64,000 nucleotides of DNA. It comes from a virus. The first letter of the stretch is position 1. Each line of letters begins with the position of its first letter. Position numbers and translations under genes: made by a program. Shown piece by piece: positions 9,850 through 18,825 of this stretch. The stretch lies in IMG/VR virus record IMGVR_UViG_3300042484_002041, positions 32,001-96,000 of that record. The stretch is one strand, 5' to 3'. The notes beneath the pieces were generated by a model, which saw only the letters and a list, made by a program, of their open reading frames with translations, did no database searches and was not told where the DNA came from.

Positions 9850-10803
9850 ATGACGCAGGTTCCGGGTGCATTGCACATAGAAACAACAACAAGATGTACC
9901 TTGGCCTGTCCGGCCTGCCCTAGAACCACCTGGCATAATATCACTAAACGCCCAGTTGCCAAGACTGATCTTGACGTTGATTTGCTTGAGAAATTTTTAG
10001 ATTGTGAAGGGGGTAAGCAAATTACCCGTTTTATGTTGTGTGGAGATTACGGGGATTCTATATACTATCCCGATCTGTTAAAGTTGATTCGGCGATTCCG
10101 GGATCAAGTTTCTTTTCAGATTATCACAAACGGCAGCAGACAAACAGAAAAATTTTGGCGCAACTTGGCCGGTGTGCTGACTGAAAATGATTCTGTGACC
10201 TTTTCAATTGATGGATTAGAAAATACCAATCACTTGTACAGAATCAATTCTGATTGGCATAGCATCATGCAAGGAATGGATATTATGGCCCAAAGTGCGG
10301 CGGCCATACATTGGAAAACAATAATTTTTAATTTTAACTACGACCGACTTGACAAAATAAAAGCGTTTGCTGAATCTAAAGGAGCCACATTTCATGCAGA
10401 AAAAACTCACCGTTACGGTGATCAATCACTTGCTCCTCCGCAGCAATTTGTAGAAATCAATCATCTTTTTCAAGACAAGTTTGTACATGATACTATCATT
10501 GAGATAGAACCGCGTTGCGAAAAAGATGCTAAAGTTATAACCTCAGATGGGTATTTGTCCCCTTGTGATTGGCTTAGAAATCCACAAACGTTTTACAAGT
10601 CTGAGTTATGGAAACAAAAAGAGCGGTGGTTGGAAAAAACAAAATTGAAAGATAACACTTATGATCAAGCTATTCTGGCCATAAGAGATTGGGAAAATTA
10701 CATAAGACAAAACAGTCTAGCCGGTTCAGACAAAGTTGATGTATTGTGTAAGATGCTGTGCAGAAAGGGCTGTGTCGAGAATAACAGAATAGAGTTGACA
10801 TGA
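9850..10803 (+). CDS. radical SAM protein
   Basis: CTLACPAC motif, SIDGLE; paralogue of 7712; likely start ATG 9850. Confidence 0.85.
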   Translation: MTQVPGALHIETTTRCTLACPACPRTTWHNITKRPVAKTDLDVDLLEKFLDCEGGKQITRFMLCGDYGDSIYYPDLLKLIRRFRDQVSFQIITNGSRQTEKFWRNLAGVLTENDSVTFSIDGLENTNHLYRINSDWHSIMQGMDIMAQSAAAIHWKTIIFNFNYDRLDKIKAFAESKGATFHAEKTHRYGDQSLAPPQQFVEINHLFQDKFVHDTIIEIEPRCEKDAKVITSDGYLSPCDWLRNPQTFYKSELWKQKERWLEKTKLKDNTYDQAILAIRDWENYIRQNSLAGSDKVDVLCKMLCRKGCVENNRIELT

Positions 10804-11378
10804 ACGATCAACCGAAAAAAATTGCACATCTAAGGGAAAAATTAATGTCGGACCGTACTGTACTTTGTACGGGAAATCCTGCCAATCCAATGGCATTGGC
10901 CTCTGGTTTTATAAAAATTTTTCCTAAAATTACATTCATCCATCGCAGTGCTGGATGGGACTTAACTGATCAGTCAACCGAAGCCAAGGCAAAATTAAAA
11001 GAGGTGTTTTCCCGGCATAATACATTTATTAATGCCAGTTATATTGCGCCAAATGTCCAATCGTATTTGTTAGAGTTGTGTAATCAATCTGTTAAATTTT
11101 GCGATGTGTTCAACATGGGAAGTACACACGAATATGATAATCTGGGCCGTAACGAATACAAACAATCAAAATTAGATCTTCGTGACAAAAGTTTACAGCT
11201 AAACTCTTATAGATTTCGTACACATCACATTATGCTCGGCGGAATTAAAAAAGAATCAGATCCCAGCACCGAAAACTGGCTTGACATTGCTGATATATGC
11301 AGTTTGATTCCCTGGATAACAGGACAACCATTTGATGTTCCGTTAATTTGTATTGATCAATTCAAGTCTCCTTGGTAA
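10800..11378 (+). CDS. short Rossmann/SDR-like hypothetical protein
   Basis: VLCTG, FINAS, YKQSK (YxxxK) motifs. Confidence 0.45.
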   Translation: MNDQPKKIAHLREKLMSDRTVLCTGNPANPMALASGFIKIFPKITFIHRSAGWDLTDQSTEAKAKLKEVFSRHNTFINASYIAPNVQSYLLELCNQSVKFCDVFNMGSTHEYDNLGRNEYKQSKLDLRDKSLQLNSYRFRTHHIMLGGIKKESDPSTENWLDIADICSLIPWITGQPFDVPLICIDQFKSPW

Positions 11379-11396
11379 CTTAATGATCAGGGCCGG

Positions 11397-11457
11397 TTGA
11401 CACGAAATTCAACTCGTGTTATAATGTTTTTACTGTAGCAAAACGGAGTACGAAATG
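11397..11457 (+). promoter_or_regulatory. sigma70 promoter plus conserved UTR module, copy 2
   Basis: TTGACA-17-TATAATGTTTTTACTGTAGCAAAACGGAGTACGAAATG. Confidence 0.85.
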
Positions 11458-11868
11458 GCTTATGTGAACCAAGCAACCAAAGCGGCAATTGCACCCAAGA
11501 TCAAGGCTATCCTGAAAAAGTACGGTGTCAAGGGATCGCTTAGTGTTCGCACTCATTCCACTTTGACGCTGACTCTGAAGTCCGGAGCTATCGACTTCAT
11601 CGGCAACGGCAACGAAACTTGCAGTCAGGATCCGTACCAATCTGCAAAAGGTTTCAAGCCCAACACTTCGGGGTCCGAACAGGTTAACCCCTACCACTAC
11701 GGTAGCCACTACAGCGGACGTGCCAAGAAGTTCATGGCAGAGGCCCTTGCTGCCATGAACACCGGAAATCACAACCGCAGTGATGCTATGACTGATTACT
11801 TTGATGTGGGCTGGTATGTTGATATCAATATCGGCAAGTGGAACCAGCCCTACATTGTGCAAGCTTAA
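11455..11868 (+). CDS. conserved phage hypothetical protein
   Basis: strong RBS; SDAMTDYFDVGWYVDINIGKW motif. Confidence 0.7.
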   Translation: MAYVNQATKAAIAPKIKAILKKYGVKGSLSVRTHSTLTLTLKSGAIDFIGNGNETCSQDPYQSAKGFKPNTSGSEQVNPYHYGSHYSGRAKKFMAEALAAMNTGNHNRSDAMTDYFDVGWYVDINIGKWNQPYIVQA

Positions 11869-11886
11869 TAATAGGAAAGTCCAGCA

Positions 11887-12444
11887 ATGCAAAACGAACT
11901 CGACAATCGACTTTTTGACAAGTATCCGAAGATTTTTCGTAATCCCCACACCGTGCTGACTCAAACATGCATCTGGGGATTTGAAATAGATAACGGCTGG
12001 TACAATATTGTCGATAAACTGTGCAACAATATTCAACGCCACATCGACTGGGGCCGGAAAGAACGTGCCCGAGCTTTGCGATTTAATCGAGCACTAAAGC
12101 GAGCCATTGCCGGAGATCGCACCAGCATCACTAATTTGTATTTTGACAATCGGGAAGTTCCAACTGATCACTGGATCAGCGATCGCATCAATAAACAAAT
12201 TCGGGATGAAGAGTACAGGGAAGTTCCCGAAATTGTTCAGCAGGTGGTGGCTATACAAGTAAAAGAAAAGTTCGGGACCCTAAGGTTCTACTACTCAGGT
12301 GGTGATGAGTTTGTGGCCGGCCTGGTAGATATGGCAGAATCCATGTCCGGCGTCACTTGTGAAAGATGCGGCACTCCGGGCGAGCTGCGCGGCAGGGGTT
12401 GGATCAAGACCTTGTGCGAACAGCATGCACCAGTTGACCAATAA
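11887..12444 (+). CDS. phage hypothetical protein (QVKEKFGTLRFY...CExCG family)
   Basis: motif and C-terminal Zn-binding Cys pair. Confidence 0.7.
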   Translation: MQNELDNRLFDKYPKIFRNPHTVLTQTCIWGFEIDNGWYNIVDKLCNNIQRHIDWGRKERARALRFNRALKRAIAGDRTSITNLYFDNREVPTDHWISDRINKQIRDEEYREVPEIVQQVVAIQVKEKFGTLRFYYSGGDEFVAGLVDMAESMSGVTCERCGTPGELRGRGWIKTLCEQHAPVDQ

Positions 12445-12921
12445 TTCCCGTTCTGCTATAATAGCTTTATACAGTTAGCAATTAGGAGCAAAAGATGGAG
12501 ATCGAAACATTGGCGATAGAAATTGCACAGCTTTCAAACGTGGATCTGGCCAAGTTGGCAGATGTGTTGATGGCGCAGTTTAACGCCCGTGCCGAAAAGT
12601 TGGCCTGGAACCTGCAAGTGAGCAGCACCGACCAAGCTCTGCGTGGAGGCATGTGAGCCAAGTTAGAATCTTAGATGGTGATCGAATCAACGAGTTTGAA
12701 ATGCTCACCGTGTTGGACTACATGCAGAACAAGTATCCCGCCCAGCACTACACCATGTCGCCTGGGAATCAATGTGTTTGGGTTGCTTGGGGTAGCAGTG
12801 TGCCCATGAACTTCTATTTTGTGTTCCGTGAAGGACGCATTGCTGATATTCAAATTGATTAACAGTTGACAACAAACGATCCCTAGTGTATAATGCTGTT
12901 GAGTAACAAGGAGAACGCGAG

Positions 12922-13068
12922 ATGAAGATCATTGTTAAGATTCCCCAGTTGCGCACTCGGGCGCATCGTGTGCTATTTGATAAAGAGCTGCCGTTCCACC
13001 CGCGGCGCGAACAGTCTCGCAAGCAATACCAACGTCATCCCAAAAACCGTAATCAGGAGCTAGTATGA
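12922..13068 (+). CDS. small basic protein, ArfA-like (not in ORF track)
   Basis: own promoter (12866-12894), AGGAG RBS; LFDKELPFHPRREQSRKQYQRHPK resembles the ArfA core. Confidence 0.4.
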   Translation: MKIIVKIPQLRTRAHRVLFDKELPFHPRREQSRKQYQRHPKNRNQELV

Positions 13069-13601
13069 ACACAGAACAAATCACCATTCGCGACTTTATG
13101 GAAGTTATCGAATACCGTATCACTGAAGGTAGCGAGTACGGTTGGGACTGCTTTGGCAACAAGGCATTCCAAATGGATCACTGGGCCGGCGAACAGCAAG
13201 ACCCCAGCTTGAGCATTGTGTTTGACACTGCTACGCAGGCGGTGTATCAAATGGAAGCGCATGACTATGTTCATGCGCGAGCGTACCGCTGGACCAATCC
13301 TGATTGGCGAGAAGCAGAGGATCGGGAAAGCCGTGCCCGTGCTGTTGATAATAAAGTAGCGTGGGACGATGTTCTATACATTGATCTAGATGTTGCTGAT
13401 GACATGCTGGAAAAGGCCACTGCTATCGCGACAGGCAAAGAATACGATACCCGTGTCAAGATATCATTAGAGTTCAGTAATGAAGAACTGCTAGAATACA
13501 TGATGATGGCGCATGAGATGGATGTTACCTTTAACGAATTTGTCACGCAGGCACTTGAATCGGCTATTGCACAACACGCCAAGCCCCGGGATTCTGAATG
13601 A
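13065..13601 (+). CDS. hypothetical phage protein
   Basis: AGGAG RBS, ATGA coupling. Confidence 0.65.
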   Translation: MNTEQITIRDFMEVIEYRITEGSEYGWDCFGNKAFQMDHWAGEQQDPSLSIVFDTATQAVYQMEAHDYVHARAYRWTNPDWREAEDRESRARAVDNKVAWDDVLYIDLDVADDMLEKATAIATGKEYDTRVKISLEFSNEELLEYMMMAHEMDVTFNEFVTQALESAIAQHAKPRDSE

Positions 13602-13810
13602 TTATCAAGGGACTGACCCGGCGTCAAGTAGAGATTGCCGACGCGCTGTGGGCTTGCGAAACGTTAGACGATGCCGATGAAGTTGTTGCCCGTTACGGGA
13701 CCGACGGTGTTGTGGTACATTCCCTTATGGTAGCCGAAGTGCTAGACTACACTGACGTTGATCTAACTGAAGTAAAGACCTGGCTTAACGATACGTTTTG
13801 GTTGAACTAA
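13598..13810 (+). CDS. hypothetical protein
   Basis: coupled ORF. Confidence 0.55.
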   Translation: MIIKGLTRRQVEIADALWACETLDDADEVVARYGTDGVVVHSLMVAEVLDYTDVDLTEVKTWLNDTFWLN

Positions 13811-13811
13811 G

Positions 13812-14273
13812 ATGAAAAAAATCTACTACGAAAAAGTCGGTAAACGGTACAAGCCTGTTGCCGAGCATGACAGTGACCTATTGGACAGTGTTCCCAAGGG
13901 AAACCATCTTGTCATGAGTTACCCCGGAGGTGTTAGTCGTAGGTACAATGTCAATCCCGACCATGCTGCTATGATTGCTGCAGGCCGGGTTGCCGAGAAT
14001 GCTATCTGCAAGGCTATCGGCAAGGCAAGCGAACTACGACCACAGCGAACTCCCATTACTCCTGGACAAAAGAAAGCATGGGAGAAGCTGGCAAAAGAGT
14101 TTGGAGATGAGCTTTGCACACTTAGCGGGCTGTGTATCCAAGACTGCGCAGAAGCAGGGGTCCAGGCCATGATCGATGAAGCCGAAAAGCTAATGCAGCA
14201 CGAAGCAGTTCGCAAAGCATACGAGCAGTTCATGTTGGTGTGCGAATTAACGAAACAACAAGAACAAACGTAA
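13812..14273 (+). CDS. hypothetical phage protein
   Basis: coupled ORF. Confidence 0.6.
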   Translation: MKKIYYEKVGKRYKPVAEHDSDLLDSVPKGNHLVMSYPGGVSRRYNVNPDHAAMIAAGRVAENAICKAIGKASELRPQRTPITPGQKKAWEKLAKEFGDELCTLSGLCIQDCAEAGVQAMIDEAEKLMQHEAVRKAYEQFMLVCELTKQQEQT

Positions 14274-14283
14274 ATATAGGCAT

Positions 14284-14358
14284 GGGCCATTAATTCAACG
14301 GTTAGAATAGACGACTCATAATCGTTCAACGAGTGTTCGACTCACTCATGGCCTACCA
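14284..14358 (+). tRNA. tRNA-Ile2/Met (CAT), probably lysidine-type Ile2
   Basis: GGGCCAT/ATGGCCT acceptor, GACGA-CTCATAA-TCGTT anticodon arm like bacterial ileX, TTCGA, ACCA. Confidence 0.85.
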
Positions 14359-14373
14359 TATTAATACTACACA

Positions 14374-14913
14374 ATGACCAATCCTGTACCAAGCACTAGC
14401 CCGGCGCATTATCATTTCGCAATTGAGAGTGCCCGTCGGCGAAGCCAAGATGCCAATGAGCCCGAAGCGGTGCAGTCTTATTTGCACCAGGTGCAGTACT
14501 ACGAGCAAGCAAGCAAGGAAAAAGCAATGCAAGAACAGGACCCCAAATGGCGCGAGAATAATCTAGAGTACGACCTACGGTCCACTGACTGGATCCTGGA
14601 CAAGGTACGGGCCAGTGATGTGTATGCTCAAAATATCTATGCTGCATTATGCAACAATGACTTTCAGCGTAACAATGTCATGCCTATCCTTAAAAACGAA
14701 ACATGGAGTTGCAGTTGGCGCCACGCAGGCGGAGTTGTGGCTGACATGATAGGCAAGGGTGACTACATGGATTGGTACTGCTCGGGCAGTATGAGCGGTA
14801 CAGCTTTGCGTACCGAAGATTACATCACGGGCTATGTAAATGAAAGCACAGTCACAGATGAAGTACTAGAAGACCTGTTCAAGCTTGGTTGGATTGTTAG
14901 CTCACTTGACTAA
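14374..14913 (+). CDS. hypothetical phage protein
   Basis: long ORF, YAQNIYAALCNN / GDYMDWYCSG motifs. Confidence 0.6.
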   Translation: MTNPVPSTSPAHYHFAIESARRRSQDANEPEAVQSYLHQVQYYEQASKEKAMQEQDPKWRENNLEYDLRSTDWILDKVRASDVYAQNIYAALCNNDFQRNNVMPILKNETWSCSWRHAGGVVADMIGKGDYMDWYCSGSMSGTALRTEDYITGYVNESTVTDEVLEDLFKLGWIVSSLD

Positions 14914-15140
14914 CATATGACAACCGTTGTAGACTGTGAAAAAGTCTTTGCCCGGACATTTGACCAACTTACTGTGTATCGCAGGCACTGCATGGCTGTG
15001 TGGTGCAGCGAGCGCATGACGCCGCTTGATCCGCAGGGCAAATATAACTGGTGGGTCGACGGCAATACCTTTCTCTTCCGTTGCGAGAAAGATCATATGC
15101 TGTTTGTACTGGCCTGGTGTGACTAACCTTACTAACTAAT

Positions 15141-15968
15141 ATGAAAACTATTGAACTTGAGCATTTTAAAATTGACAGAAAACAGCCGTTAACAGTTATA
15201 GCCGGACCGTGTCAAATTGAAGACTTAACTCATGCTATGGCTATTGCGTTGGAAGTAAAACGCATTTGCGAAGATTTGAATGTTCAGTTCATTTATAAAA
15301 GTAGTTTTGATAAAGCAAATAGATCAAGCATAACTACCAGGCGCGGTGTGGGCATGGAACAAGGGTTGGAGATTTTAAAAACAGTCTCCAACAAATTAGG
15401 TGTTCCTACTATTACCGACATACACGAATCATCACAAGCGGGTATTGTGGCAGAATCAGTTAGTATGCTACAAATCCCCGCATTTTTATGCAGACAAACT
15501 GATTTACTTTTGGCTGCTGGCGCAACTGGCAAGCCCATTAATGTTAAAAAAGGACAATTTTTAGCGCCTTGGGATATGAAAAACGTTGCAGAAAAAATTG
15601 CCTCAACCGGCAATGACAACATAATGTTATGCGAAAGAGGATACAGTCATGGATACAATAATCTTGTGGTTGATATGCGCAGTTTACCTATTATGGCAAG
15701 TACTGGTTATCCCGTTGTCTTTGACTGTACACATAGTGTCCAACAACCCGGAGGACTCGGTGACAAATCTGGGGGAGACAGAAAAATGGTTCCCTTTCTA
15801 TCTAGAGCCGCAGTAGCAACTGGATGCGTGAGTGCAGTGTTTATTGAGACTCATGAGAATCCCGATAAAGCTCCTAGCGATGGACCAAATATGATTCCAT
15901 TACGAGACCTAAGAGTGCTGATAAGTCAGCTAAATTTTATTCATAACAGTGTTAGAAACTTTAACTAA
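15141..15968 (+). CDS. kdsA: KDO 8-phosphate synthase
   Basis: [56 protein letters not shown]. Confidence 0.95.
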   Translation: MKTIELEHFKIDRKQPLTVIAGPCQIEDLTHAMAIALEVKRICEDLNVQFIYKSSFDKANRSSITTRRGVGMEQGLEILKTVSNKLGVPTITDIHESSQAGIVAESVSMLQIPAFLCRQTDLLLAAGATGKPINVKKGQFLAPWDMKNVAEKIASTGNDNIMLCERGYSHGYNNLVVDMRSLPIMASTGYPVVFDCTHSVQQPGGLGDKSGGDRKMVPFLSRAAVATGCVSAVFIETHENPDKAPSDGPNMIPLRDLRVLISQLNFIHNSVRNFN

Positions 15969-16058
15969 AGAACAACAACTTACAGCGTTTAGCCTCAAGT
16001 GGGCTTGACAAGCGGTGTGATATCAGTTATACTTGTGAAAATTTATTAAGGACTTTGT

Positions 16059-16364
16059 ATGAGATGGCTCAATGGTTGGATGGAAGAACGATGCAGGAAC
16101 GCATTGGTACTGGTGCAACTTGAGGATTCAAAAATGCGCAACAGGATGGGAATGCAGTCGAAGTCGTCTCATGACGATGTCGAAAGTGATGACGGACTTA
16201 ACATTACCATCAGGCACGCAGTAGGTGGCAAAATTGTTACCTTTAGGCACTTCAATCACAGGACTGATCGTATTACCAATACACTGTATGTGATCCCCGA
16301 GGAACTGGACTTTGAACGAGAACTAGGAAAAATAATCACGCTCGAATCCATGCGGATGTCATGA
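16059..16364 (+). CDS. hypothetical phage protein
   Basis: promoter 16005-16033 and AAGGA RBS. Confidence 0.55.
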   Translation: MRWLNGWMEERCRNALVLVQLEDSKMRNRMGMQSKSSHDDVESDDGLNITIRHAVGGKIVTFRHFNHRTDRITNTLYVIPEELDFERELGKIITLESMRMS

Positions 16365-16598
16365 ATACTTTGATTACAACTATCGTTGCCCTTGCGGCAG
16401 CGGTCTCGATTATCTCGTTTGTTGCTTGTGACGAGATCAAGGTAGTTACGCCCCCGGTTGAAACTGATTCAACTCTGGGTAAACTGCAAGTAAATAATAA
16501 CTCAAGTCAGCCAAATTGTGTCAACTACACAGGCTGATTTAGCGTTATATATATGTAGGGATAAAAATTCCTACTCCAACCAAAAAGGAAACTTTAAC

Positions 16599-16832
16599 AT
16601 GAAATCAATCGTCACTCTTATCGCCACCCTGGCCACTGTTACTGCATTTGCCGCTGAACCAGTCAAGGCTGCTCCTGCTGCTGCTTCTGCAACAGCCGCT
16701 ACCCCTGCACCTGCTGCTTCTACGCCTGCCAAGAAAGCAGAAAAGAAGGCCGATGCTGCCAAGCCTGCTAAAAGCAAAGCATCGGCACCCAAGGCTGACG
16801 CCAAGCCTGCCGCACCTGCTGCAAGCAAGTAA
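16599..16832 (+). CDS. secreted Ala/Lys/Pro-rich low-complexity peptide
   Basis: AAGGAA RBS; signal peptide MKSIVTLIATLATVTAFA followed by AKP-rich tail. Confidence 0.7.
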   Translation: MKSIVTLIATLATVTAFAAEPVKAAPAAASATAATPAPAASTPAKKAEKKADAAKPAKSKASAPKADAKPAAPAASK

Positions 16833-17012
16833 TTACACAGCAGACGATGAAGACGATGAGATTGGCATAGGCACAACTGATGTCTATGTAGGTTATCGTC
16901 GTCGCTCACTAGAAGAATGTGACGAACACTGCGAGCATCATGAAGATGGGTTCAGTGATTACGTAAAAACTAGACTGTTGATTGCTAGGTTGCTGGCATT
17001 AAGAAAGCGACA

Positions 17013-17045
17013 AGAAGTTTGGGGGTAATACCCCAAACTTTTCTT
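17013..17045 (+). terminator. intrinsic terminator
   Basis: AAGTTTGGGG-GTAATA-CCCCAAACTT followed by TTCTT. Confidence 0.7.
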
Positions 17046-17065
17046 ACGAAGTAAAAAGAAAACCA

Positions 17066-18022
17066 ATGACAAAAGCGTTGATTACATTTGGATGCAGTTG
17101 GACATTTGGCGTAGGGGTTGGATACGAAGACCCTATGTCATTAACTGACTATAAAACTATAAATCAGTCCGTTGATGTGAATAACAATCTTAGTTTTCGT
17201 GGTATTCTTAGTCAACGGCATGGATTCAAAAATATAAATTTCTCCGAGGCGGGATCTAGCAATCGACGCCAATTTAGATTGGCAACTGAATTTTTCAATG
17301 GTAAAAAGTTTCAAGATCTACAAAACTGCGGGACTAAAATTGTTGTGCTATGGGGGATGACTTCAACCGCTCGAAATGAAGTATTTCTGAGTGAAGAGAA
17401 TAAACTCTATAATTTTATGTACAGTTCGGTAGAAAATATCGGGAGACAGCATCAAGCTGTTGACAATCAAGTTAGACAGTTTTTTGCCAAGCATATGTAT
17501 AGTCATGAACACGAAATGTTTACACTAGCGCACGAGATGGCACATTGGAATACGTTTTTTAAGTCACTTGGTATTGAGAATTATTGGTATGATACATTTA
17601 ATCATCATGACTACACTATCAATAGCCCGGCCTTGCTAGAGTTCAAAAAAAACTATACTGATTGCGCTGGACCAGACTGGCCCAGTTGGCAGAACTTTGT
17701 TGATAAAAAATTTGATGGTATTGATAGTAGCGTAATCGATGAAATTTTAAATACAAACTTTGAATTTGTAAATAATTTGTCAATCACAAATTTTGTAATT
17801 GATCATCCCACTGACCGAGATCTTATGAGTCAACTGGTGATGCGCAACGGTAGCGATCAGTTTGATCGTAATTATCATCTTAGTCATTGGGAAGTTGATG
17901 GCGATCGAGTAAAATATTTGATTGATCTGAAACTTCTTAATCCTTACAGCTTTCATCCTACCAAACTTGGACACGAACAAATAGCAAACATGTTTGACCA
18001 CTTATTTGAAAAAACTAGCTGA
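17066..18022 (+). CDS. SGNH-like protein
   Basis: FGCSWT, GSSN, C-terminal HPTKLGH; contains GPDWPSW motif. Confidence 0.6.
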   Translation: MTKALITFGCSWTFGVGVGYEDPMSLTDYKTINQSVDVNNNLSFRGILSQRHGFKNINFSEAGSSNRRQFRLATEFFNGKKFQDLQNCGTKIVVLWGMTSTARNEVFLSEENKLYNFMYSSVENIGRQHQAVDNQVRQFFAKHMYSHEHEMFTLAHEMAHWNTFFKSLGIENYWYDTFNHHDYTINSPALLEFKKNYTDCAGPDWPSWQNFVDKKFDGIDSSVIDEILNTNFEFVNNLSITNFVIDHPTDRDLMSQLVMRNGSDQFDRNYHLSHWEVDGDRVKYLIDLKLLNPYSFHPTKLGHEQIANMFDHLFEKTS

Positions 18023-18040
18023 CTTTTGATAAAACTCAGG

Positions 18041-18069
18041 TTGACAAGGAATAAATAAAAGCATATAAT
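18041..18069 (+). promoter_or_regulatory. sigma70 promoter P1 of the tRNA region
   Basis: perfect TTGACA-17nt-TATAAT. Confidence 0.9.
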
Positions 18070-18079
18070 TGACACTGTT

Positions 18080-18205
18080 ATGAAAAACTTCACACTATCA
18101 CTCTTATCCAAGCACGAACAGATGTGCCCCCGCGCCACCACATGGCTAGGTCCGGTATCATATATTCGCGCATTCGAGAATAGTGATACCAGGGGGTCTG
18201 AGTAG
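18080..18205 (+). CDS. putative attenuator leader peptide (41 aa, all 20 amino acids)
   Basis: MKNFTLSLLSKHEQMCPRATTWLGPVSYIRAFENSDTRGSE*; starts 10 nt after the -10 box; last codons overlap the antiterminator arm. Confidence 0.7.
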   Translation: MKNFTLSLLSKHEQMCPRATTWLGPVSYIRAFENSDTRGSE

Positions 18206-18265
18206 ACTGAGTCGTAAGATTCAAATACACAGACCCTGGCTCGAAAGACCCAGGGTTTGTCTTTT
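18189..18265 (+). terminator. attenuator: alternative antiterminator/terminator hairpins
   Basis: ACAGACCCTGG (18229-39) pairs with either CCAGGGTTTGT (18250-60, then CTTTT) or CCAGGGGGTCTG (18189-200). Confidence 0.75.
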
Positions 18266-18288
18266 AGTGAAACAGGAATACAGGAGAG

Positions 18289-18317
18289 TTGACAACAAAT
18301 TGAAAACACTGTATAAT
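18289..18317 (+). promoter_or_regulatory. sigma70 promoter P2 of the tRNA region
   Basis: perfect TTGACA-17nt-TATAAT. Confidence 0.9.
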
Positions 18318-18319
18318 AA

Positions 18320-18640
18320 GGCGCTAGGGAATTAAAAATCCTAGCAAAGTGTGATAAGAGGGAACGAGGCCCTCGCTCTGCACTTTAAACAATGGAGCAA
18401 ACGGGCGTGTTAGGGGCATAAAATCTGTGGCGGGAACGCAGAGAGTCAGATCCTAATAGTAAAGTACATTGGTTGTCAGTGTGCTTTACTATACACATTT
18501 TTTGTAAAAAAGAGTGTGTACAGAGAAGCGCGCCATGATCTAATCTGAAGTCCAAACATCTGATGCGGACGGAACCTGTGTGTTGATTATGCTGCACACC
18601 TCGCAGCACGGAGCCAGGATAGCGTGTTTCTCTGTACCTA
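18320..18640 (+). ncRNA. structured non-coding leader of the tRNA operon
   Basis: series of hairpins with G:U pairs, including long stems 18456-18492 and 18518-18637; no credible ORF. Confidence 0.55.
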
Positions 18641-18650
18641 CTTAATTAAA

Positions 18651-18726
18651 GTCTGGTTCGTCTATCGGTTTAGGACGCTGCCCTTTCAAGGCGGAAAGAC
18701 GGGTTCGATTCCCGTACCGGGCACCA
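18651..18726 (+). tRNA. tRNA-Glu (TTC)
   Basis: cloverleaf, CTGCC-CTTTCAA-GGCGG, CCA. Confidence 0.92.
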
Positions 18727-18732
18727 AATAAT

Positions 18733-18808
18733 CTCTCCCTAGTTCATGTTGGCAGAACACTGGTCTCCAAAACCAGAGAGCGCGGATCGTCACCGTGGGG
18801 GGAGGCCA
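18733..18808 (+). tRNA. tRNA-Trp (CCA)
   Basis: CTGGT-CTCCAAA-ACCAG, CCA end. Confidence 0.9.
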
Positions 18809-18825
18809 AACTTTAAGGAACTGAT

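Noticed and set aside
9165-12042. Minus-strand ORFs ending ...LRFATVKTL (9165, 11419; also 28821)
   Set aside because: The shared C-terminus is only the reverse complement of the repeated promoter/UTR module.
17953-18609. Minus-strand ORFs 17953-18309 and 18385-18609
   Set aside because: They run antisense over promoters, the attenuator and the structured leader, with no RBS or protein-like features.
18545-18620. Hammerhead ribozyme (CTGAAGTCC...GGACGGAAC)
   Set aside because: The core deviates from CUGANGA/GAAA and there is no NUH at the expected cleavage position.
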